Shown here: positions 18,201-28,351 of the stretch, piece by piece
How positions within the stretch are numbered: position 1 is the stretch's first letter
How the letters are laid out: every line of letters begins with the position of its first letter
Assembly (NCBI GenBank): GCA_030603665.1
Contig: JAUVXJ010000013.1
Coordinates: 23,910 to 87,909 of the forward strand
DNA length: 64,000 bases
Direction: 5' to 3'
Source: Chloroflexota bacterium
Lineage (GTDB): Bacteria > Chloroflexota > Anaerolineae > UBA7937 > B3-Chlor
Made by a program: the position numbers and the translations under genes
The notes under the pieces: generated by a model
The model's input: the letters and a program-made list of their open reading frames with translations, nothing else
Told to the model about the DNA's origin: nothing
Databases searched by the model: none

Positions 18201-19373
18201 TCACCTGCGATTGCCCCCTGCACTTCTCGCTGCCTTTCGCTGGCGCTGCAGAAGGTATTTCGGCATTCTGGGAATCAGCCACCTGAGATACCGCTCGTAG
18301 GTCCACTGCGCAGTAGCCACTCTGGCGAAGTTGTCGATCACGTCCTGGCTACCAGCGAGTAGCTTGAACAAGACCCCGGGGAAGCGGTGCATCAACCTGG
18401 CCAGGAGCAGCGAGTACCGCAAGTTAGCCCCGAACTCCTCCTCACAGATCGTCTGGTATTCTCGCAGCGCTTCAGAATCGCCGCTGGAGGACAACGAATC
18501 ACCTATCACCTTTACCGCATTCTGGCCCGAGCGGATGGCGTAGGCGATGCCCTCCCCCGTGAAGGAATCCAGAAGCCCGGCGGCGTCCCCCGCCAGCAGG
18601 ATCCGTCGGCTGGCCAGGGTCCGCCTGATCCCTCCCGCGGGAATCATGTGTCCTGTCATCCTGTGATTTGGATCGAAGCCCCGGTCGCGAAGGAACCCGG
18701 CCATGATTCTCCTGGGCCTGTGCAGCGAACTGGCCAGCCCACCGATGCCCACTGAGCGGTACTCACCGTGGGGGAAGACCCAGCCATAGCCCATGCCCCC
18801 GATGCCGAAGTGGATATCGATGGCGTCCTGGGGATACTCCTGTGAGGTGCCTTCGTTCTGGATCTCCGCGACCAGGCAGACACCGTATTCGTCCTTCCGG
18901 TCTCTGCTGCGGATTCCGTGCTGAAGTGTCCCCTGCGCACCCTCGGCGACGATCACGAACGTTGCTTCGTAGGCCCCCTGGTCGGTGAAGACCTCCACAG
19001 CGTTCTCCTTCTCCTCCAGTCCCCTGACCCTCTCGCCCATGCGCGCGGTGATGCCGCTTTGCCGTGCCTTTTCCAATAGAAGAGCGTCGAAAGCGCTCCT
19101 GCTCACCATGACAGCCAGTGGATTCTCGCCCCGGGCCTCGATGGATCTGCCCTCATAGTGGACTCTCATCGCGAAGATGGTCGCTTCACGCAGGTGAGCG
19201 GGGAGATCGAAATCGAGATAGGACAGCGCCTGCTCCGTGACGGCGCCCCCGCAGGCTTTGTACCTGGGGAACTGCTCCTTCTCCAGCAGCAGGGTCTCCA
19301 AACCCAGATTCCCTGCCAGCCTGGCGGCAGACGAGCCAGCTGGACCACCGCCCACGACGATCAGGTCGAACAT
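18201..19373 (-). CDS. Geranylgeranyl reductase family FAD oxidoreductase
   Basis: DLIVVGGGPAGS, FPRYKACGG, GYGWVFP, LAGDAAG...GEGIAYAIRSG. Confidence 0.9.
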   Translation of the reverse strand: MFDLIVVGGGPAGSSAARLAGNLGLETLLLEKEQFPRYKACGGAVTEQALSYLDFDLPAHLREATIFAMRVHYEGRSIEARGENPLAVMVSRSAFDALLLEKARQSGITARMGERVRGLEEKENAVEVFTDQGAYEATFVIVAEGAQGTLQHGIRSRDRKDEYGVCLVAEIQNEGTSQEYPQDAIDIHFGIGGMGYGWVFPHGEYRSVGIGGLASSLHRPRRIMAGFLRDRGFDPNHRMTGHMIPAGGIRRTLASRRILLAGDAAGLLDSFTGEGIAYAIRSGQNAVKVIGDSLSSSGDSEALREYQTICEEEFGANLRYSLLLARLMHRFPGVLFKLLAGSQDVIDNFARVATAQWTYERYLRWLIPRMPKYLLQRQRKAARSAGGNRR

Positions 19374-19665
19374 CCTGCCCTCTCCGCTCTGAGGTTAGCC
19401 AAGGAGCGTCTTCACGTCAAGTCCTCGTCAACTCAGAGCATACGTGCGCCACACAGAAGGCGCTGCCGAATCGTTCCTTGGATACGACCTACGGTGTGCT
19501 CAGGATGTGTGCGGCCGCGTGCAGATCCCGAATACCAGCTGTCTCCGCTTCGAAGTCTCGTTCCGCCGTGTCCTTGTCGTCCGCTGGGGCTTGCATTTCG
19601 GAACACGCGAGCGTACATTGTGGCGGGCTAGGAGACGCCACAGACCAGGAAGTTTGGAGGGCCAC

Positions 19666-20474
19666 ATGCCACCAGAGAGGAGCGAACAGAAGCCAGCACC
19701 CAGCGTGGAAGAGGACCCCACTTACTTCGAGCTGCACGCCTACACCGGTGCCACCAAGCACATGGGAGGCCTGAGAACGACCAAGGAGCTGATAGAGCTG
19801 TGCGGCATAGACGAAGGGACCTACGTGCTGGAAATCGGCTGCGGCGTCGGTGCCACGGCCTGCTACATGGCCAAAGAGATCGGGTGCCGTGTCTTGGGCG
19901 TGGACATCCGCCCCAGCATGATCGAGCGGGCCAAGGAAAGGGCAGCTAGAGAACATGTGGAGGACAGGTTAGAGTTCAGGGTGGCCGACGCCACGGACCT
20001 ACCCTTCGAGGACGGCCTTTTCGACGCCGCCCTGGTGGAGTCGGTGACCACCTTCATTGAGGACAAGACCGCGGCCATCCAAGAGTACGCGCGGGTCCTC
20101 AAGCCGGGCGGCTGCGCGGGGCTCAACGAGGAGATTTGGCTGAAGACGCCACCTCCAGAGGAGATCGTCGACTACGCCGCCAAGACCTGGGACATCCACA
20201 CTGAGATCGTCACGCTTGACCGCTGGGTGGAACTCCTCGAAGCCTCCGGCCTGGAGATCACCCTCGCCAGCCCGCGCACCTTCGGCGTCATGACCAACGT
20301 CAGCGAGCTGGCACGGTACGGCTGCCGGGATTTCCTCACCCTGCTCTGGCGCACGACGAAGCTGTACTTCACTAGCGCCCCCTTCAGGCAGGGCAGTACA
20401 TGAGGAAGCGGGGCCGCCTGCCCAGGGGCATCTGGGACTACCTGGGGTATGCACTCCTCGTGGGCCGCAAGTAG
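19666..20474 (+). pseudogene. Class I SAM-dependent methyltransferase, frameshifted near the C-terminus
   Basis: KHMGG, VLEIGCGVG, DATDLPFED, RVLKPGG. A GGCAG duplication at 20387-20396 gives a stop at 20403; the natural tail YLGYALLVGRK ends at 20474. Confidence 0.8.
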
Positions 20475-20585
20475 CGAACAAGTAAGTTCGCCTCCCCAAT
20501 ATCGCGCGAAACCAACAGGCGAGGGAATGAACTCCCCCGCTAGGGTCGACAGGTCCCTCCGGGAGTCAACTCCTCCATGACACCC

Positions 20586-20626
20586 TTGCGAAAAGCCACC
20601 TCAGGTGATATACTGAACATCAGTTC
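20586..20626 (+). promoter_or_regulatory. Promoter with overlapping LexA (SOS) box
   Basis: TTGCGA-17 nt-TATACT (extended TG) immediately followed by GAAC-ATCA-GTTC at 20615-20626. Confidence 0.75.
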
Positions 20627-20650
20627 TATTCCTCCGATTCGAGGCCAAGT

Positions 20651-22918
20651 GTGAAGCTTAGCCAGGTTCTCACCCAGATGCAGGCCACCCCGAAGCTTCG
20701 GGACCACGTCACCGCCTGGAAGGTCACGCCCCGCTCCGAGGGAACCTTTGCCGACTTCCCTGTCAGTGTCGACCCGCGCCTGGTCAGCGTCCTGCGCGAG
20801 CGAGGCATCGAGCGCCTCTTCACCCACCAAAGGGAGGCCATCGAGGCCGTGCTCCAGGGCGAAAACGTGGTCGTGGTCACGCCCACCGCCTCGGGCAAGA
20901 CACTGTGCTACAACGTCCCCATCCTCAACTCCCTGCTGGAGAACTCCGAGTCCCGGGCCATGTATCTCTTTCCCACCAAGGCCCTCTCCCAGGATCAGCT
21001 GGACGAGCTCCACGGGCTGATCACCGATCTCGGTGTAGACATCAAGACCTACACCTACGACGGCGACACCCCGGTCAACGCCAGAAAGGCCATCCGCGCC
21101 GCCGGGCACGTGGTGATCACCAACCCCGACATGCTGCACACCGGCATCCTCCCCCACCACACCAAGTGGGTCAAGCTCTTCGAGAATCTCCAGTACGTGG
21201 TCATCGACGAAGTCCACCAATACCGCGGCGTCTTCGGCAGCCACTTGGCCAACGTCATCCGCAGGCTGAAGCGCATCTGTCAGTGGTACGGCGCCGATCC
21301 CACCTTCGTCCTCTGCTCCGCCACCATCGCCAATCCGGACGAACTGGCCCGTAGGCTCATCGAGGAGGACGTGCGCCTCATTGACACCGACGGCTCGCCC
21401 AAGGGGGAGAAGCACTTCGTCTTCTACAACCCTCCAGTGGTGAACAAGGAGCTGGGCATCCGCCGCTCCTCGGTCCACGAGGCCCGCTCCATGGCCAGGA
21501 ACTTCCTGCTCAACGACGTGCAGACTATCGTCTTCGCCCGCCGCCGCAAGACGGTGGAGGTGCTCCTTTCCTACCTCCAAGAGGACCTGAAGGGGACGCG
21601 CAGGGGAAGAAAGCAGGTGCGAGGCTATCGCGGAGGATATCTTCCCCAGGAGCGCAGGGAGATCGAAAAAGGGCTTCGCGAAGGAAAGGTGCGGGGCGTG
21701 GTGGCCACCAACGCCCTGGAGCTGGGCATAGACATCGGCGCTCTAGACGCCTGTGTGATCACCGGGTATCCCGGTACGATAACGAGCACCTGGCAGCAGG
21801 CCGGTCGCGCCGGCCGCCGGGCCGACGTCTCCTGCGCCGTCCTCGTCGCCAGTTCGTCGCCATTGGACCAGTACATCGTCACCCACCCGGAGTATTTCTT
21901 TGCACAGCCGCCGGAGCACGCTCTGGTCAATCCCGACAACCTGCTCATCCTCTTGAGCCACATCAAATGCGCTGCCTTCGAGCTGCCCTTCCAAGAAGGT
22001 GAGCCGTACGGTGGACAATCCATCGATCAGATCCTTCAATTCCTGGAAGAGCAAGGCATCCTCCACAAGGCGGGAGACACCTACCACTGGAGCGCCGACG
22101 CGTACCCTGCAGGGGAGATTAGCCTCCGCACCGCAGCCCGCGACAACTTCGTGATCATCGACACCTCTGGCAGCGAGCCCCGCGTTATCGGGGAGGTGGA
22201 TAGCTTCAGCGCCCCCACCACGGTCCACGAAGATGCCATCTACATCCACCAGGGAGAGCAGTATCAGATCGACACGCTGGATTGGGAAGGGAAGAAGGCC
22301 TACGCCACCCACGTGGACGTCGACTACTACACGCAGGCCAGCCTGGCCGTCGAGGTGAGGGTCATAGATGAGTTCCAGGCGGAGCGCATCCAAAGATGCG
22401 ACAAGGCCCACGGAGAGGTCCTCCTCTCCGCCCTGGCTACCATCTACAAGAAGATCAAGCTGTGGACCCACGAGAATATCGGCTGGGGGGACGTGCGGCT
22501 CCCTGAGCAAGAGATGCAAACCACCGCCTACTGGCTCAGCTTCCCAGAAGAATTGACGGCGACCTTCAAGGCCTCCGACGTGGAAAGCGGGCTGGTGGGG
22601 CTCTCCAACGTCCTGGCCAACGTCGCCCCCCTCTTTCTGATGTGCGATCCTGGCGACGTTGGTGTGAAGGCCGAGGTGCGCTCCCCTCACACCAAGAAAG
22701 CCACCATCTTCATCTACGACCGGGTACCAGCGGGCATAGGCTTCGCCGAGAAATTGTATCGCGTTCATGGCCAGCTTCTGCATGCGGCCGAGCAGTTGAT
22801 CGGCGACTGTGGCTGTCCCACTGGCTGTCCCTCTTGCGTGGGCCCGGAGGACGAAATAGGTACAAGGGGAAAGAGGAACGCCCTCCGCCTGTTGGAGGAA
22901 GCCAGGAAGGACAACTAG
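20651..22918 (+). CDS. mrfA: DEAD/DEAH-box helicase with DUF1998 Zn domain (MrfA/YprA/Hrq1-like)
   Basis: TPTASGKT, FPTKALSQDQ, DEVH, SATIANP, TNALELGIDIG, QQAGRAGRR, C-terminal CGCPTGCPSCV. Confidence 0.92.
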   Translation: MKLSQVLTQMQATPKLRDHVTAWKVTPRSEGTFADFPVSVDPRLVSVLRERGIERLFTHQREAIEAVLQGENVVVVTPTASGKTLCYNVPILNSLLENSESRAMYLFPTKALSQDQLDELHGLITDLGVDIKTYTYDGDTPVNARKAIRAAGHVVITNPDMLHTGILPHHTKWVKLFENLQYVVIDEVHQYRGVFGSHLANVIRRLKRICQWYGADPTFVLCSATIANPDELARRLIEEDVRLIDTDGSPKGEKHFVFYNPPVVNKELGIRRSSVHEARSMARNFLLNDVQTIVFARRRKTVEVLLSYLQEDLKGTRRGRKQVRGYRGGYLPQERREIEKGLREGKVRGVVATNALELGIDIGALDACVITGYPGTITSTWQQAGRAGRRADVSCAVLVASSSPLDQYIVTHPEYFFAQPPEHALVNPDNLLILLSHIKCAAFELPFQEGEPYGGQSIDQILQFLEEQGILHKAGDTYHWSADAYPAGEISLRTAARDNFVIIDTSGSEPRVIGEVDSFSAPTTVHEDAIYIHQGEQYQIDTLDWEGKKAYATHVDVDYYTQASLAVEVRVIDEFQAERIQRCDKAHGEVLLSALATIYKKIKLWTHENIGWGDVRLPEQEMQTTAYWLSFPEELTATFKASDVESGLVGLSNVLANVAPLFLMCDPGDVGVKAEVRSPHTKKATIFIYDRVPAGIGFAEKLYRVHGQLLHAAEQLIGDCGCPTGCPSCVGPEDEIGTRGKRNALRLLEEARKDN

Positions 22919-22958
22919 CATCGCTCAACCTCACAGCAGGCACACAGAGAAGACATCT

Positions 22959-24221
22959 ATGGTCGAGGACCTGCGCCAGCAACTGGAGCGGTTGGTATCG
23001 GGCCGGCTAGGGACCACTCATCTGCAGCGACCAGAGAGGGTGCGCTCCCGACCCATCGAGGAGTTGGTCGGCGGCGAGGTGAGAGAGGCCTCGCACGGCA
23101 CTTGCGTCGTTGTGGATCAGATCTACCCAGCCGGGTACCAGCAAGGACAGGTGGAGATCAGCAGCGCGCTGTCTCACCGTTCGCAGACGGTGGCCGGCAT
23201 AGGTCGCGACCCCGGGCTGGAGGCGCTGGAGCTCCAGAAGAGCGCCTTCCTCGATGTGGAGACTACGGGACTGGCAGGAGGCGCGGGCACCTACGCGTTC
23301 CTGGTGGGCATAGGATGGTTCGATGGGCAGGACTTCCGCCTCCGCCAGGTCTTCATGCGCGACTACGGAGAGGAACCAGCCCTCGTCTCTGCGCTAGAGG
23401 AAACTCTGGAGCCTCTATCAGGCGTAGTCTCCTTCAACGGCAAGGCCTTCGACGTTCCCCTGCTGGAGACCCGTTTCATCATGTCACGGCGGCGCTTCCC
23501 CCTCTCCTCCGCACCACACCTTGACCTCCTGCACATGGCGCGCCGTCTGTGGAGTCTGCGATTGGAGAACTGCCGGCTCTCCAGCCTGGAGACGGAGATC
23601 CTGGGACTCGAACGTCACGGTGACGTGCCCAGCCATCTCGTGCCCCAACTCTACTTCGACTACTTGAGGCACGGCCGCGCGGAGCCACTGGAGGGAGTGT
23701 TCTACCACAACGCTCAGGACATCCTCTCCCTGGCGGCCCTGACCGCGCTCTCATGCACGGTCTATGAGGACCCCCTGAGCCACGAGACGACGTGCGGCGA
23801 AGATCTCTACAGCCTGGGAAGGCTCTATTCCCTCGCTGGGCTGGGTGACCGCGCCGAGATAGCGCTCCGCGCTGCCCTGGATGCACCTATCCCTGAAGAA
23901 CTGAGGTGGCAGACGGTCCACCACCTCTCCTTCCATCTCAAGCGCCAGGGCATGTGGCCAGAGGCCATTGAGCTGTGGCAGTTGGCCATCGAAGAAAATC
24001 ACGGGAGGCTGTACCCTTTCTTGGAGCTGGCCAAGTACTACGAGCACCGAGCCAAGGACTTCCAAACGGCTGAGGCGCTGGTCTTGAGAGCCATGGAACT
24101 CGTACAGGCTTCGGCTGCCAGTCGCGGGACGTGGTGGACCGAGAGGCGGCTGGGGGAGCTGGAGCACCGGCTGCGGCGGGTGCAGCTCAAGAGAGCCCGC
24201 CACGGGGACGGTGAAAGCTGA
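22959..24221 (+). CDS. mrfB: RNase H-like exonuclease with TPRs (MrfB/YprB-like)
   Basis: FLDVETTGL, SFNGKAFDVP, HLDLLH, YHNAQDILSL, ELAKYYEH; directly downstream of mrfA. Confidence 0.88.
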   Translation: MVEDLRQQLERLVSGRLGTTHLQRPERVRSRPIEELVGGEVREASHGTCVVVDQIYPAGYQQGQVEISSALSHRSQTVAGIGRDPGLEALELQKSAFLDVETTGLAGGAGTYAFLVGIGWFDGQDFRLRQVFMRDYGEEPALVSALEETLEPLSGVVSFNGKAFDVPLLETRFIMSRRRFPLSSAPHLDLLHMARRLWSLRLENCRLSSLETEILGLERHGDVPSHLVPQLYFDYLRHGRAEPLEGVFYHNAQDILSLAALTALSCTVYEDPLSHETTCGEDLYSLGRLYSLAGLGDRAEIALRAALDAPIPEELRWQTVHHLSFHLKRQGMWPEAIELWQLAIEENHGRLYPFLELAKYYEHRAKDFQTAEALVLRAMELVQASAASRGTWWTERRLGELEHRLRRVQLKRARHGDGES

Positions 24222-24251
24222 TCGTCTGACGGACGGAGGAGGCCAGACATC

Positions 24252-24806
24252 GTGAGCCAGCAGAAACTACCCTTGTCGTATGAGGAAATCACGGAAGCAG
24301 ATATACCCCAGCTCACAGAAGTGATGACCAGAGCCTTCGACGACGATTCCCAAAAGCACCGGGGACTGGAGCGGGGAGGCCCTGAAGGATACGACAACGG
24401 GGACTTCTTCCGGACGTGGCTCTTTCCGTATGAGCAGAGCGTCGGCTACAAGATTCTCTCGGAAGGTGAACTCATCGGCGGCATCATCGTCTGGATACTG
24501 CCAGAAGGACACAACATCTTGGGAACGATATTCGTCGACCCGGCCTACCAGGACCGTGGGGTGGGAGCGCAAACCTGGCAGTTCATCGAGGCCACCTATC
24601 CTGAGACCAAGAGCTGGCGGCTGGCCACCCCAGATTGGGCAACGAAGAACCACCATTTCTATGCAGAGAAGTGCGGCTTTGAGAAGGTCGACTCGGACCC
24701 CCTGATCCCCGAGCCAGAAGGCAACACCATCTATCGGAAAGAGATGGGCGACACGGCATCCGGTCCGGCGGTATCGCCAGCCCCTGACGTCAGCCTGACT
24801 GACTGA
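24252..24806 (+). CDS. GNAT family N-acetyltransferase
   Basis: IFVDPAYQDRGVG, NHHFYAEKCGF. Confidence 0.85.
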   Translation: MSQQKLPLSYEEITEADIPQLTEVMTRAFDDDSQKHRGLERGGPEGYDNGDFFRTWLFPYEQSVGYKILSEGELIGGIIVWILPEGHNILGTIFVDPAYQDRGVGAQTWQFIEATYPETKSWRLATPDWATKNHHFYAEKCGFEKVDSDPLIPEPEGNTIYRKEMGDTASGPAVSPAPDVSLTD

Positions 24807-24937
24807 CGGCGTCACCTGGCGTCATACCCCTGCCTGTCAGGTGGAGCGCCAGCGAGCTCGTCCAGGCTGAGTAGGAATCAGTCTCACGTCAGAAGTTGCG
24901 TCCGCACTGGAACCCCCATCAATACCCAGGAGTGCTC

Positions 24938-26035
24938 ATGCCTGAGAAACTCAAGGATCTCTTCTTCACCCCCTCGTTTGTCGCCCAACTGGGTAATGCC
25001 ATCCAGCAAGTCCTCCCCAACTTCGACAAAGCGAACTTGAACGATCTCGTATTCGACGCCGGCTGGGAGACCAGAGAGCTGAAAGAGAGGATGCGCCACA
25101 TCACTGAGTGCCTGCATGAGACGCTGAACAAGGAGTACCCCGAGGCGCTAGAGATTCTGCTCAAGGTAGCCCCATCGTTCACTGGTTTCGATTCCATGAT
25201 CTTCCCGGACTACGTAGAGCGGTACGGCTTGGAGCACTGGGACCTGTCCATTCACGCTCTGGCCTTCTTCACCACGTTGTGCAGCTCCGAGTACGCCATC
25301 CGCCCCTTTCTGGACCGGGACCCACAGCGAGCGATGCAGTTTCTGTATGCCTGGGCGGAGGACGAGAACCACCATGTGCGGCGCCTGGCCAGCGAGGGCT
25401 GCCGCCCCAGGCTTCCCTGGGGAATGGCGCTGCCCCAATTCAAGAAAGACCCCAGCCTCATACTGCCGGTTCTGGAGAAACTGAAGGATGACCCGTCGGA
25501 GTACGTGCGCAAGAGCGTCGCCAACAACCTGAACGAGATCTCCAAAGACCACCCGGAATTGGTGCTGGACATCTGTGAGCGTTGGTATGGACACAGCGCA
25601 GACACCGACTGGATAGTCAAACATGCCTGCCGCACTCTGCTGAAAGCAGGCAATAGACGAGCCATGCTGCTCTTTGGCTTCGCGGACCCCACCGAAATCA
25701 GCGTGGAGAACCTGATACTGGATAGAGAAGCCCTCGCCATCGGCGACGACTTGCGTTTCACATTCGATCTCGGAGTTGACACCCCTACCCCCTCCAAGGT
25801 GCGCCTGGAGTACGTCATCGAGTACGTGAGACCGAGGGGCAAGACATCGCGCAAGATATTCCAGCTCAAAGAAGCGAGCTTTGGCCCCGGCAGTCACCCT
25901 ATCTCCAAGAAGCGGTCCTTTGCGGACCAGTCCACCCGAAAGCACTATCCAGGGCAGCACAAGATCTCCGTGATTGTCAACGGCGTGAAGAAGGCGGCGG
26001 CGGCCTTTCGCTTGAGGGAAGCTGCGCCTCATTGA
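24938..26035 (+). CDS. DNA alkylation repair protein (AlkC-like HEAT-repeat glycosylase family)
   Basis: SSEYAIRPFL, HVRRLASEGCRPRLPW, LKDDPSEYVRKSVANNLNEISKDHP, TRKHYPGQH. Confidence 0.88.
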   Translation: MPEKLKDLFFTPSFVAQLGNAIQQVLPNFDKANLNDLVFDAGWETRELKERMRHITECLHETLNKEYPEALEILLKVAPSFTGFDSMIFPDYVERYGLEHWDLSIHALAFFTTLCSSEYAIRPFLDRDPQRAMQFLYAWAEDENHHVRRLASEGCRPRLPWGMALPQFKKDPSLILPVLEKLKDDPSEYVRKSVANNLNEISKDHPELVLDICERWYGHSADTDWIVKHACRTLLKAGNRRAMLLFGFADPTEISVENLILDREALAIGDDLRFTFDLGVDTPTPSKVRLEYVIEYVRPRGKTSRKIFQLKEASFGPGSHPISKKRSFADQSTRKHYPGQHKISVIVNGVKKAAAAFRLREAAPH

Positions 26036-26133
26036 AGGGCGAGATGGCAAGAATCACCGCTCGACAGCCCAAATACGGCGCGCGGTCTGCGCAGAGCAGA
26101 GATATGCAACGGGAGACAACAAGCGAGAAGACC

Positions 26134-26502
26134 GTGACCAATAAGACTCAAGAAGTGGCCAACTACCTGGAGGAGCTCGATCCTCAGCGCCGAGCCGCCC
26201 TGACCTAAGTGAGATCGCTGATCCTGGCAACCGTACCGGACGCCCTGGAGAGCGTGAAGTACAAGATGCCCACCTATGACTGCGATGGCGCGATGCTCTG
26301 TGCCTTTACCTCCCAGAAGCGGTACATGAGCCTGTACATGGAGCCGCGCATCGTGGACAGGCACAGGCCAGAGCTCAAGCACCTCAATCTCGGCAAAAGC
26401 TGCATCAGGTTCAAGAGCATCGACCAGCTCCCGCTAGATATCGTCGGCCAGATGCTCGAGGAGACGGTGGAAGCAATAGACGAGGACCAGGCCTCCTCCT
26501 GA
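26134..26502 (+). pseudogene. DUF1801 (YdhG-like) protein with in-frame TAA
   Basis: VANYLEELDPQRRAALT*VRSLILATVPDALESVKYKMPTY...LGKSCIRFK; TAA at 26206-26208. Confidence 0.75.
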
Positions 26503-26702
26503 TTTGCCCATGGGGTCCAGCTGAAACATCGGCCAGTCACTCCCCTACGACCCAGACTGTGGCCAGGCGATGGGGCTGGGTTGCTGCCTGATTCTCCGCA
26601 CCTCACTTCACCACATGCCGGGCTCAGGCTAGCCGTTCGCCGGAGAGCCGGTGTACAATGGCTGCACCGCGCAGGACCCCTGATGCGAGGAGGAGATCAG
26701 CA

Positions 26703-28190
26703 ATGACAGTGGCGGACCACACGTCTATGGAAGAGACCCTTGATCCCCAGGACTGGGAGTCCATGCGCGCGCTCGGCCATCGCATGCTGGACGACATGAT
26801 GACCTATCTCGAAACGGTAGAAGAGCGCCCCGTATGGCAACCTATCCCCGACGAGGTCAAGGCGCGCCTCCGCACGTCTCTGCCGCTCGAGCCAGGTGAT
26901 CCGCAAGAGATCTACGAGGAGTTCCTGAAACTGGTGCTACCCTACCCCATGGGCAACATACATCCCAGGTTCTGGGGCTGGGCGTTGGGCACCGGCACAC
27001 CCTTCGGCATGCTGGCGGAGATGCTGTCGTCGGGCCTGAACTCCGTCCCTGGCGGCGGAGAGCAGGTGCCCAACGATGTCGAGTTGCAGGTGCTCGATTG
27101 GTGCAAGGAGATGCTTGGCTTTCCCTTGGAGGCCAGCGGGCTGCTGGTCAGCGGCTGCTCCATGGCCAACTTGGTGGGACTGACCGTGGCGCGCAACGCC
27201 ATGGCCGGATTCAACCTCCGCCAGGAAGGCCTACAGGCTTCACGCCATAGAATGACCTTCTACTGCTCCACTGAGACTCATAGTTCGGTCCAGAAGGCCA
27301 TAGAGTTGCTGGGGCTCGGCGCCGAATACCTGCGCCAGGTACCTGTGAACGAGGAGTTTCAGATCGACCTCGCGGCACTACAGCAGGCAATCGCCGAGGA
27401 CCGGGATGCTGGTCACAAGCCAACCTGTATCGTGGGCAACGCGGGTACGATCAACACCGGCGCCTTCGATGATCTCGATTCCCTGGCGGACATCTGTGAG
27501 CGCGAGGGGATGTGGTTCCACGTTGACGGCGCCTTTGGCGCGTGGGCCGCCCTCGCCCCTCAGCTGCGGCCGATGGTGGCGGGTATGGAGCGTGCTCAGT
27601 CCCTCGCCTGCGACCTGCACAAATGGATGTACATGCCCTATGAGATAGCGTGCGTCCTGGTGCGTAGCGCGGAAGACCACCGTCGGTCCTTTTCGCTGAG
27701 CCCGGACTATCTTGAGCACCACACCCGGGGACTGGCCGGCGGAAAGGTCTGGTTCACCGACTATGGCATTCAGCTCTCGAGGAGCTTTCGGGCCCTGAAG
27801 GCCTGGATGTCCCTCAAAGAGCACGGCATCGAGAAGTACGGGCGCTTGATACAGCAGAACGTGGACCAGGCGCGCTACCTGGCAAACCTCGTGGAGTCCT
27901 CGCCAAAACTGGAGATGCTGGCACCCGTCCCTCTCAACACGGTCTGTTTCCGCTTCCATGCCGATCAGCTCGATGAGCCAACTATGAACCGGCTCAATGA
28001 GGAGTTGATGATTCGCCTTCAAGAAGAGGGGAAGGTGCTCATCTCGTACACGACCTTGAATGGCACGTACGCCCTCCGCGCGGGGATCACCAATCACCGC
28101 AGCCGCAAAGAGGATTTCGATCTCCTCATCCAAGAGGTGGCGAGGGTCGGAGGGGAGCTGCTCGACGAGGGCTTCGTCGGCGCTGAGTAG
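26703..28190 (+). CDS. Group II PLP-dependent (aromatic-L-amino-acid-type) decarboxylase
   Basis: GNIHPRFWGW, HSSVQKA, GTINTGAFDDL, WFHVDGAFG, DLHKW (PLP Lys), QLSRSFRALKAW. Confidence 0.92.
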   Translation: MTVADHTSMEETLDPQDWESMRALGHRMLDDMMTYLETVEERPVWQPIPDEVKARLRTSLPLEPGDPQEIYEEFLKLVLPYPMGNIHPRFWGWALGTGTPFGMLAEMLSSGLNSVPGGGEQVPNDVELQVLDWCKEMLGFPLEASGLLVSGCSMANLVGLTVARNAMAGFNLRQEGLQASRHRMTFYCSTETHSSVQKAIELLGLGAEYLRQVPVNEEFQIDLAALQQAIAEDRDAGHKPTCIVGNAGTINTGAFDDLDSLADICEREGMWFHVDGAFGAWAALAPQLRPMVAGMERAQSLACDLHKWMYMPYEIACVLVRSAEDHRRSFSLSPDYLEHHTRGLAGGKVWFTDYGIQLSRSFRALKAWMSLKEHGIEKYGRLIQQNVDQARYLANLVESSPKLEMLAPVPLNTVCFRFHADQLDEPTMNRLNEELMIRLQEEGKVLISYTTLNGTYALRAGITNHRSRKEDFDLLIQEVARVGGELLDEGFVGAE

Positions 28191-28351
28191 CGCAGCAAGC
28201 TGAGTCCCTTGGTTTGCCCGCGGCAGCGGACCCCTCCGTAGGGTAGTACGCGGCTTTTCTTATGCGATTCCGGTGCAGGATGGCCGCCACAGGTGGTCTG
28301 GTCGGTCCAGTCTTCCATCCGGAGCCTTAGACATATCAGGAGGCCCTCATC

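Noticed and set aside
20521..20575. Two similar palindromes (GGGAATGAACTCCC, GGAGTCAACTCC) upstream of mrfA
   Set aside because: They could be operator sites, but they are short, unassigned and not seen elsewhere in the window.
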